Source: Amoebophrya sp. A120 | Lineage: Eukaryota > Protista > Dinoflagellata | Assembly (NCBI GenBank): GCA_905178155.1 | Contig: CAJINV010000001.1 | Coordinates: 8,631,642 to 8,695,641, forward strand | Length of the DNA stretch: 64,000 nt | Reading direction: 5' to 3' | Shown: in pieces, positions 49,548-60,539 of the stretch | Position numbering within the stretch: the stretch's first letter is position 1 | Layout of the letters: each line of letters begins with the position of its first letter | Notes under the pieces: generated by a model | The model's input: the letters and a program-made list of their open reading frames with translations, nothing else | Database searches by the model: none | What the model was told of the DNA's origin: nothing | Made by a program: the position numbers and the translations under genes

Positions 49548-50842
49548 TGGGGATGAAGAGGACGACGGAAGAATGTAAGTGAAGCCGATGTAAAAAATCT
49601 TTACTCTTCCCCCAAGTATCCTACCCATCAGTTACGACAGATCCCCCCAACACCGGCTCGCAGTATCGCACTCTTGACCATTCCAATGTAAAATGCTCAA
49701 ATCAACAGTTACAAAGTCTCAGCTCAGAACAGCTTCGTTTCAAATCAGTTACAGTTCAAAGTCAGACTCAGGACAAAACCTTTAAATTCAGAACAGTTGC
49801 AAGATTATAGGACGATTACAGTAAGTTCAGACAGCACACGTCGCAGTTACTTATCTAAAATTTCGTACGCGTCTCTTAAATGAATAGCTATACATAGCAA
49901 AAAGCTCGTTTTTGATTATGGTTTCGAAGTCAAGGAGATTGTCTCCATTCTTTGCGCAATGTAAGTTTAAGTTTAACGGATAATGCACCTAGATATCGTT
50001 ACGGTTATCTCAGCTAGTATTTTGAAACTGCCCATTCGTAGTCAGGTTTGAGTGTCAATCTTTGACATGCTCTTCTTGGTGAATTTAGTGGCCGCACGCG
50101 GTCTAAAACGAGCGCCAGAAACACGTATGCTGTGATCGCGTAGACCCGGGGGTGCGGCCACACTGTAGAATTTTACCATTCACCCGTACTTGCGGAGGAC
50201 CTGATGCGCAGCGGAACAGTAACTTTCTAAAATGCACCAACGTACCTAAGAGCTTTCGTTACACTACTAGCGCAATTTGAATCAGATCAGGGTCAGCCTC
50301 GGTTGCTGATGTTGAAGATAAAGAGGGACGGGTAAAACAGCTCACTATCACGTACCTGTACACAAATTTCAGCAGATTGCAAAAGAAAATGAGCTAACAC
50401 TGTATGGTAATCTTCTTCCATGCCATGTACTCATCCGCCACATTCAAACGCATGTTCAACATATTCATCACGTCCTAATGTGCTCGTCAGTCTCGCGGCG
50501 GAAATATCGTCTGAGAAGAAGGTTTCCTAGCCGTGTCGTTGTGTCCAAAACCAGACCGCTCAGAGGTCCACACTTGATAGGGACCGCCGCGAGTGCCAAT
50601 ATTCTCTTAGAAGTAGGAACGCATGATATGTGTCGTTATTGTCGTTGGTTGGCCGATTCAGCGTTATCAGTGTCGTCATAACATATGTGTTTGCGAATGC
50701 GATAGTCCAGAATTAGAAACTAGAATATGACTTACAAGCAGAACTTTTTGGTGGTCACTCAGTGTGCGCTCAGTACTTTTTTTCCAAAGGGAGGTAGTAA
50801 GGCGGTTTTTTGCACTTGTAAAGGTAAACTTGTAGCATTATC

Positions 50843-53800
50843 ATGTCGTTCCTCCCTCCATCGTCGTCATCTCGGCAAGGCATGAACCCCTTCCCGCCTC
50901 TGCCCTTGCCTCCGTTTCATGTCGCGCGACAATCGTTACCTGCGAACAGGGACACGGACCCCATGTTTCATTTGTTCGCTTTGTCGCAGACTCAAGACTA
51001 CCCGGACGATCATGCGCACAACAGCGATGACGACATCGGAAGGTTCGGAGACGGTTGCGTTGAAACCGCACAGCTGGACGAAAGGCCACACGAGCTGCCC
51101 GAACTTGCTAACGTGCTTGCGCCAGCCGCCCCATCTTCTCCCAAATCTCCGGACCAACCGGCTGTCGGCGCGATGACGGTTTTGGTGCCCCCGCAGGAGA
51201 CGAGCGGGGGCGAATCAATACAAGAGGTAGAGCATCATGCTCCGGCCGAGGACGAGGATCCGCAGCTAACAGTTCTCCGGGCACGATTAGCGGAGAAGGA
51301 GAAAGAGCTGCAAAGCCTTCGACAGGCACACGAGGAAGAGTTGCAGTGGTTGAAGCAAGAAAGTGAAGCGAAAAAAGGAGCGCTTGAAAAAATCGAAGCC
51401 GAGCGCGATGTTTGGAAGCAGCGTGCGGTGACTGCGGAGGAGAAGATACTATCCGCAACAAAGGCACAGCCACAGCCACTAGCGCCAACAAACTCAGCAG
51501 TCATTGTTCCAGGGGCTGCGTTACTGCCTGAGCTAGCTGGGCACCGCAGTGGCGATTCGATTGCGCGTGAACGAAGCGGACCGGAGGCACTGGACACGAC
51601 CATGGAAATGCAGAAACGAGAGAATCTAGCTGTGGACGAACCAGATCTAAACTTGCTGTCGGACGAGTTCGACCAAGATTTGTTGCTAAACGAACCCATC
51701 GAAGAAGATGACTTTGGCCGACATGAAATCGCTGAAGCTTCTGTCGCTGCAGCAGGTGGGAGGCAGGAGGCTCTTGCGTCGTCTACTTTTTCATCATTGC
51801 CTCGCGATAAAGCCGGAACGGGGAGGCAAGCTGGAAGTAGCCGTGCAGGGCAAGCGGGTACCAAAAGCCTTACCTTCAACGAGCAACACGAAAATTTCTT
51901 GGCTATCGATAAGTTTCTAGGGGAGCTTGGAAAGCAGGAGGCGATGACGCCGCTTATGCTGGCTGGGGTGCTGCAGACACTCTGTTTTCCCACCGCCTTG
52001 CGCATGAATGTCACCGACGGCAAGCCGCGGCCGCAGAAGTACATGAATACGGGTCTCATGGGTGTGGGTCGTATCAAAGGCTGGGGATGCCAGGAGTTTA
52101 CATTATCTCTGAGCAAGCTGCTCAATCGGTAGAAAAGTATTTTTCTTTTGCACTACTTTTTGCCTCTGTGAGTTGCTCCTGTTTCATCTGTTTTGCCGTA
52201 CCTTCACAAATTTGGATTTGCTTTTTTGCGCATCCTCTACAGAATGTGACCGCCTTTTGATTGTTGAAACGCCGCGTCAGGTTTTTTGACGCTTGGATGC
52301 TACCGCAGTTGCTGGAAAGCGGCGCGGTTGAAGACGCTAAAGAAGTGCACTTCACGACAACCACACTGAACAACGGTGTGAATTGCTGTGTGCACGTTGA
52401 TGGAAAGAACAGTGGCGTTTCGTACGCAATCAGCGTTGGAGGCCGGGGATCCTTGGCAGTGTTTGATAGAGAAGCTGCGCACGAGGACGCAAAGAATCCA
52501 CCGTCGGCGGCGCACGTCCGAATATCGGTTCCGCGGGAGGGACCGGACCTCAAGGAGTACAAGTACCTGCGCGGAAAATCGTGGTGGTTTAGGGTGCACG
52601 ACACATCCGAAAAGGCTGTTCAGTTCGATGCTCGCATCCCGCACCTCACCCACGAGGCAGAAATCGGGCGCTTCGCAATTTTGTTCTACCCGCATGAGGG
52701 ATATGCGACACTCAAAAATCGAGCAGGGTTCGAAAAGGTGAAGAAAACTCTGCAAGGGCGGGGCTTCCGCCCGCCGCCACACCCTTTTGACGACTTGGAT
52801 CCAGCTGCGCCGGATGAGCACGAAGACCACGACCCAAGCCTCTTCCTTTCCGACAATAGGCATAAAGTGCTCGCTTCTTCGGCGCGTCGGCAGGATAAGC
52901 GAATGATCCCTGAAGAGCACTCTTCGAGCTCGATAGCACTCCGTAGAAGTCTCCACCAATCTCCGGCACCCGTAGTGCACCGCGCAAAAAGGTTTGTCGA
53001 AAAACCACAAGCGTCGCCGTCCCAGCCTGACTACACGAATCAAGACATTCGAAACGGTTTGCGAGACTACCAGGTGCCGCTGTTCGACAAAATTCTGGCG
53101 TCCAAGGAGAGTGGTGGCGGCATCGTGGATTGCGCCACCGGAATCGGGAAGAGCTTGCTGCAGTTTGCCGCGATGCTGTACCTACATGAGACCGGACAGC
53201 GCTGCCGGCTTTCGATCTTGGTCACTCCGCGACTAGCGTTGCAGAAGCAAATGGCCGCCTACATCCTGGACCGGGGAAAGTGCCAGGTCATTGCCAAAGC
53301 CAGCGGCAGCAGGAAGCACCTCTTTGTGGGGTCCGACAGCGACGAGACTCAGAAGTACTTCGACTCATGCCGGGCAAACTCTCAGCGGGAGGTGCATGCA
53401 GAGTACTGCAATGCAACGCGAGACAAGGCGAAAGTACACGCGTTTTTGGCAGAACCGGGATCAAAGCAGATCATTGTCACCTACGACTCCCTGTGGCCCC
53501 TGCTTGAAGCGGTGCACGAGGACACGACAGTGAGCATCGACATCGCAGTCCTGGACGAAGCTCACCGTGCGGCGGGAGAAGAGAAGTTCCGGGGCGTTTT
53601 CGAACCTGAGAAGGGATTGCGCGCGAGGTCGCGCTGGACCTTGTTCTTCTCAGCAACCCCAGCTAAGCTGCAGAAAAAGCTTGTGAAAAAGAAAATCACG
53701 CCGGCGCTTCCAACCATCTGTGATTACCCCGCATGGAAAGCAGTCGGTGAGAATGTGCTGTGTGGGATCGAGCTCGTTATGGTCGCGATGCCGGAATCTA

Positions 53801-55788
53801 GTAGTGCCGATGGGACTAGTACCGCGGGGAACAAGGTGCTTACTGGCAGCTTTGCTTCTCTGGAAGACCACAATGGCCAGGAGGCTGAAGAGGACTCAAG
53901 GCTACATGCTCCCGATGAACTAGATGAGTCTTCTCGACCAGGAGAACGTCAGGCCGAACACGAAGCGGGTGGCTGCTGCAGCTTCGATCGGAAGGAGTTC
54001 CTCCGGCGACTGTTTCGCGTCTGCTTCTGGACTTGCAAACACGAATATCAGTTTGTGATTGTTTTCTGTAGCTTCTTGAACGCGCGCGACGCAGGGCAAA
54101 GCTCTGTGAATGGATTTCGCGATAATGTGGACGAAATCTTTGAGGTGCTTGACCTGGTACGAGCGGAAGTTAAGAAGACCGATCCTGAGCTAGCGAACAG
54201 ACGGTGCAAGCCTGACGCAAAGAACATGTACTTTCTGGACGACCGCACTAGTGTGGAAAGCGTGACGAAGAACTTCCAAGAACCAGGACAGCCTGGGGAC
54301 ATGAAGATCGTGTTTGCGGCCAACAAGTTGAACGAGGGCAACGACCTTCCGTACGCAAACGTAGCCGCCCCTGCATACCTTCCCGGCGATGAGGACAAGT
54401 GGATCCAGATGTGCGGTCGGGTAATGCGCAACCCGCGCTACGAACCTGGTTCCCGACCGAAACCTGTAACCGTCATGTTGCCTATCCCGCTACCCCTCGA
54501 GCGGATCCGGAAAGGAAAGACCGTGCTGGTAAGGAAAGACCGGCTGCGCGAGGCACTGGCCGACAAGATGGTCGAAGCAAGGTTCATTACTCGCTTTTGC
54601 TGCGCGCTTGATCTAATGGAAAAGTTTTCTCGGAGTGAAGCCTTTTCCCAGGAGGAGGATGCGATTCTCAAATACCTAGTGCGGTCTGGTTCTACAGAAC
54701 GAGCTCATAGTGCAGCTGAGATTGACAGCAGCGCCCATCGGCCAGTCTCCGAAGTAGAGAAATCCGTTGTAGCACCACAACTAGTCGCCGATGCCGAACT
54801 GACAGCGTACGCAAAAGCTCTGCCATTGAAGCTCTTTGGCGAAGACATTTCAGCTATGTTGGACGTTTCTCGTGAAGATGCGGAAGCTGCATTGCGGGAC
54901 GCTTTTCTTTCAACCGGGACAGAGATTGCAGAGGACATTTGGACTAAGAAAGTGACAGTCCTGAAGAACTATGTGAAGACCAACGCGACCCGATATCCGG
55001 ATGTCAATTCTCCGGAGCGTGCCTTGTGGGTATTCTACGAGCAGCAGAAGCACAGCAGGGACCTGTTCGGCACCATGGGTAAGCGCGGCGAGGCCCGGAT
55101 CAAGATGCTAGAGGCGATCGAAAATTTTCAATGGAGTGCGAACCCGTGGAAAGTTTCAAAGATGTCCAATAAGCGTGCCGCCAAACACGTCGAACCAAGT
55201 CAGAGCTCTAGTGCAAACGCTCGGTCCGCCAAAAAGCCACGTCAGGTGCAGTGGCTCTCCTTCGAGAAAAGCAAAATGAAAAACGGGCCGGCCGAAGCAA
55301 AAATTACGCAGAAGCACGCGGACACGATTACGAAGGACGACATTATCGGCTTGTTGGATGGGAGCATTGACGCAAGAACAAAGGGCGGGGTCCCTTGGGT
55401 GCCGCGAAACTTTTTTGATGCCCTGGGTGATTCTCCGCTTTCACACGATCCGGACGTCGTGGCGGCCTGGCTAAACAAGGTTGCCGAACAAGAGTTACCC
55501 CAAGCGTTCCCGCACCAGGATAGCCAGCTTCCGGCATACGCGTTTCCGCCGATGCCAGTCCCCTCGACGGAACAGCTTATCGCGTGCTGCGAAAAACTGC
55601 CGAAGATGACACCGCAAGGCTATGAGCGCTGCGTTGCCGCAATACTGGGGACGGAAAAACCTGCCGCGGCGCTCGTCGCGACACTCTGTACGCAGACCAA
55701 GGGTTTACAGAAGGTGGTTCCAGTTGCTCGAGTGCTTTCACGAGCGGAAGAAAAATACCCTGCTTTGAAGGGCAAGTGGAAAGTGTGA
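50843..55788 (+). CDS. Superfamily 2 DExH helicase with a helicase-associated (HA)-like domain
   Basis: GT-AG intron 52129-52280. Motifs ATGIGKS (I), LVTPRLALQKQ (Ia), LDEAH (II), SAT (III), LNEGNDLP (V) and QMCGRVMR (VI). HA-like W..KVTVLKNY..P..LWVFYEQQK..RIKMLEAIENFQW. Confidence 0.8.
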
Positions 55789-56376
55789 ATCATGGCAGCT
55801 GCGTCATCGCCAACGTATGGGTGTCGATTCCGACAATGCAGATCAGCCTGCTGCTCTGAGCTGTCGCGGTCCTTTCGCTTCAAGAAAAGTAATACAAAAA
55901 TTCCACAACCGAAACACTTCTCTGAAGTGACTTCTGATCAGTCCCATATTCCACCCGTTGAAAAGAACAGCGGTGTTGCAGACTTCGCGGCCACATAATG
56001 CAAGAACTCTTCGGAAGCGGACACGGACAACATACACTTCGTCTTTCTGGCGATGATTTCTAGTTGCAGATTGCATTTTTCTGTGAAACCCGTTTTCTTT
56101 TGCTGCTTCCGGTATCATAGGACGAGCGAAGAGTGAGAGTCTGGAGCGGGTGCAGCATCAATCTATCATTGCGGGTGCCTCGCGCTTGCGGTCGTAGCGT
56201 TCCAAAACATCCCGTGAAGCGCGAGAGACGACAAGAACTTTTCGAAACAGAGAGGAAGTGTCTCGGTTTTCTAGAAGCTGCGCTGGTCACTTTTCACGAC
56301 AACATGAGAGACCACTGCTCCAGTCATCAGATGAAAGTAGACTAAGAACAACAAGCCTCACGATCCGTCACCCGTC

Positions 56377-59300
56377 ATGTCAGCTCCGACCGCCCCGGCG
56401 GGGTCGAAGGAGCGCAGCTACCGCACGTCGGCGACGCAGGAATCGGAAGTCAACGATGGCGCGAGCGGTGGCGGCTTCTTCAAGCGGCTGTTTTCCTCGA
56501 ATTCGAAGGACAAGCCGGATCCGCCCGACCGGAGGCAGTCGCGTACGAGCGTGAGCAAAGAGAACAATTGGGGCCAGGGGAGAACGGTGAACCTGGATGC
56601 CGACGCGGACAGGCCCGGTGGCAGGTTGAAGGCTGAGATGGGGCCCGGGCTCGGGCCGGCCCCGAGTGGACCCGTGCTCGGCCACGGTTTGTACGCGGAC
56701 GACTCGGCTGGGCCGTCGAAGGAGTTTGACTTCCGCAAGCCGCCGGACGCGCATTTCAAAAAACCGATGAACTCGCCCGCCGGTGCCAGTGCGTCGGCTT
56801 CCGGCTCCGGGACCGGCGCGGCTGGCAACATGCCGAACGCCTACTACAAGCCTGCGCAGGCCGAGATGGAGGCCAAGGCGCGGCGCCAGTGGCATGAACG
56901 CGTGGAAAGCAGCAGCAAGGACAAGCCGAACGGGTCCCCACAGAACAATAATTACAACCCGGGGGACGCCGGTCCCTCGCCGCGGTTGTTCCAGCGGCAG
57001 AACGTGCCCGTGATGCCGGGCGTCACCGGAACTTCCGGCGATGCGAGCCGGAGGCCCATCTGCGTCGCCTACCGCGAGGGGCGCTGCGAATTCGGGGCGT
57101 GGTGTTTCTGGAGCCACGGGAACGACGGCGTTACGTCGATTCCCGGTCGAGGACCGCCAGGACGGCGCGACTCTTTTGACCCCGCGTTCGTGCCGCCCCC
57201 GACTCGCGATCCGCTGAACCGCCCGGTGATGCCCGACGGGAACCGGCGCGCGAGCTTCGACCGTGCAGGCAGTGTGGGCGGAAGGCCCGGTAGTTCTGCG
57301 AAGGATTTACCTTCTGAAAAAAAAGCCAAAGTGGGCTTTTTCAGTCGGCTGCTCGCCGTGCTTTTTCGCAAGAAGGAGCCGCCCCCCGACCAAGGGCCGC
57401 AAAGACGAAATTCTTTTCGGGATTACGACACGGTGAAGCCGCCGCCTCCGCCCAGTGCGGCCAAAAACATGGAGAAGAACATGGACCAGGTGAGCAGTTC
57501 GTCCGACGAACGAGTGAACGTGTACGACACCCTGGATGAGGACGCGCCATTCATTTGCGAGGAAGTGAACGACGGCGAGGATGCCTTGCGCGATTACATG
57601 CGGCAGCGGGAAAACTTCAGCACGCAACTGGTGAACACGATCAAAGTCGGGGACATTCTGTCCGACAAGTTCCTCGACGTCGATCTCGGCAGCAGCTCGT
57701 CGCAGCCCGAGCACAGCGGAAAGACCTCTCCCAGCACCACCGCGACGGGAGCGGGGGTCGCTGGCGCAGCCGCGGGGGCGGGACTTCCTCCGACCGGTGG
57801 CGGTGCAGGAGGAGCCCCGGGGCCGCAGTTGAAGGAGCCGAAAAAGTTCAACATTTACGACCACGTCGACAGTACGAAAACGACCGAGGCGCCGAAGAAG
57901 TACAACATTTACGACGACGCGCCGCCAACAGCACAGGGTGCTGACGCCCCGGCGTCGCGCAAGTACAATGTATACGACGATTTGCCTCCCGCCGCGGACG
58001 GGGCTGCCGCGCGACGCACCTCCAATGTGTACGACACGCGGCCGGACACAGCGACCAACGCGAGCAAAGAGAAGTTCAAGACGTTCAACCCAACGCCAAA
58101 CGTCACACCGGGGGCCGGTCCGAACCTCGGTCCGTCCCCTCGCGGCGGGGACGCGACCGCATCGGGCGAGGCGCGGAAAAGCAGCAACAGTGCCTACAGC
58201 TTCGCGTCGAAAGCGCCCTCGCAGGCGAATAAACCCGAGCAGCCGCAGGGCGACGCGACGCCCGCCGGGTGGGCCAACGCGCGTTCGGAGCCGCGCGAAT
58301 CGAAAGTGTACAACAAAGTGCATCCACAACCAGCGGAGGAGGAAAATCCCAGCTATCGGCGGCGCGACTCAGGCGGCACGACTGCAGCAGGGGACGATTA
58401 CGGAAACCAGCCGCGGTCCTACGCCACGGGCGAGAGCAAGCAACAGCAGAATTTCTATTCGCGGCTGGGCGCAAAGATGGGGGGTCGCGGCGCCAGCGCC
58501 GACCAGCAGCCCTCGGCGAACGACGCTCAGCAAGAACAACGGCGGAATAGCGGGCCGGGCCCGGCGATGGGCAGTGCCCCGACGGGGCAAAGCTACGAAA
58601 GCAAGAAGCAAAAGCCGGACCAGCAAAGCCAGCAAGCGGGGGCCGCATCTTCGAGCGACCACCAACAAAATCAAAACGCACAACAGCAACAGCAAAGCAA
58701 AAAGTCTGCGCCGGCCTCAGACCAAAAGCAAGACCAAGGCTCGTCGGGCAACCAGAATTCGCAGCATCAGAGTAGCTCTTCCACCACGTCGGACCAGCAG
58801 CAGCAGCAGGCGAACGGTAACAACAAGCGGAGTCGAAGGCGAAAGAACCCGAATTCCGGCTATTTCTGGTACGAGGGGTATTACTACTACTTTGATGCAG
58901 ACTACAATGTGTATTGGTGGTGGGACGACCGCATGAAGCAATACCACCAGTGTATCTCGAAGGAGGAACAGGAAAAGCAGAGCCGCTCTCGCAACACCTC
59001 CTCCACCACCGCGGGGACTTCTAGTCGCGGGGGCACCGGAGGTAGTTCGGCCTCCAACGCGAATGCCCCGCCCGGATTTCCCTCCTTCGGTCCGAAGCGC
59101 GACGGGCGGGGCACGGAGCCGCAGTTCAACCAACAACAGTCCAATCAGCAGCAGCAGCAGAAACAGCAGCAAAAGGAGAACAATAAAACCAGTCCGGGCG
59201 ACGATGATGCGGGGGGAACGAACAACAAGAAATCGGCGCCGCCGGACATGAGCCGGACGGCCGCGATATCCTGAGCAAAATATCCCCACCCCAGAGTTGT

Positions 59301-59902
59301 CATGCGGATTTGCGATGACAGGAAGACTTGTAATGCGCATCTCCATGAGAGGCATTACCAGTCGTGTTTTGAAATTTGTAATGCTGCAAACAGGATCAGA
59401 AGATGGATTTGTGATGCGGTTTTCCTTGCTAACATGCACTACACTACGGACTGCAACTTGTCATGCGTGGCTCCCAAAACTTTTGGATTTGTGTTGCTAA
59501 GTGCCCAACTTGACTCTGGTGTGGGGACGTTTTTACTCAGGATACGCGAACTTCATGACCTCGGCGGAAGACGCGAGTGACGAACAAATCAAGGTGAACC
59601 AGCTGATCATGCAGCTCATCGCGGAAATGCAGGAGTTATCCACGAAAAAACACCCGTCCCCATCCAATTTGTCATGCAAAACATGCATAAAATCCACTAT
59701 TTGTCATGCAAAAAATGGATGGGGATGGGTGTTTTTTCCTGGATAGGAGTACGCGGAGAAGGACCTCGCGGACCGGAAGAAGGTGTTCAAAAAGATGTGC
59801 TTGGAGTGGCACCCGGACAAACACAGCAACGACGCCCAGTTTGTTGCCAAGTGCGCCTTCCAATTCCTGCAGGAAAAAAAAGAGAGCTTCCTAAAGAACT
59901 AA
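56377..59902 (+). CDS. CCCH zinc-finger / OCRE-like / C-terminal J-domain protein (exons 56377-59266, 59550-59636, 59751-59902)
   Basis: CCCH finger CVAYREGRCEFGAWCFWSH; aromatic OCRE-like NSGYFWYEGYYYYFDADYNVYWWWD. After removing two introners the C-terminus reads RKKVFKKMCLEWHPDKH..AKCAFQFLQEKKESFLKN*. Confidence 0.8.
59267..59544 (+). mobile_element. TIR introner F (278 bp, TATCCTG family)
   Basis: About 31-bp imperfect TIR TATCCTGAGCAAAATATCCCCACCCCAGAGT. TSD CGCGA at 59262-59266 and 59545-59549. Excision gives SRTAANFMTS. Collinear with element A. Confidence 0.92.
59637..59745 (+). mobile_element. TIR introner G (109 bp)
   Basis: 30-bp TIR TATCCACGAAAAAACACCCGTCCCCATCCA with 2 mismatches. 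TSD GGAGT at 59632-59636 and 59746-59750. Excision gives EMQEYAEKDL. Confidence 0.92.
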
Positions 59903-60539
59903 AAGTCGCGGTTGGTCGTGCTTTTACTTTTTCTACCTCGATGTAAGATCTAAACTTTGATCGAGGATGTTGCCACGCTCAACGCAGTTTTTGTTCCAAC
60001 ACATCATCTTCATCACGCATTGTGCGCAAACAGTTTCGCTCTTGTTTCCTGTGCTACAGGACCCTCCTGTCAGCGAAGAGCCGGCAGGTCGTTTCTAGCA
60101 TGATCGCGACGCAATTGCATCAAGTGCTGAAGGAATGTTCTCCACCACCATCATGTGGCGCTTGAGCTTGCGCTAGGGATGTGCAGTATCTCTGGCTGTG
60201 TTTCACGGGAATTACCGGTGAAGAGGGCGTAAAAGTAGACGAATGCCAAATCAGTGAGAAGTGTCGCTACGAAACAAGTACATGAGCAGTATTGGATTTA
60301 TAGTAATGTTTCTTTCGCCGGTGTTGAGATAGCGGCACCCATTTCTACTTTTAGCTAACACTCTTCTTGAAGTTATCAGAGCCACCCTGCGCAGAGAAAA
60401 TGCTAACCCTGACGGTGCACGCGCACTGTATGTCGTCGAGGTTGGCGTGAGACAACTGTGCGACCGCCACCGCGTCTGCCGCTCCGAAGTCGATGGCTGT
60501 GGCTTGTCACACAGCAAAAATCTGGCGACGGTGACCATA

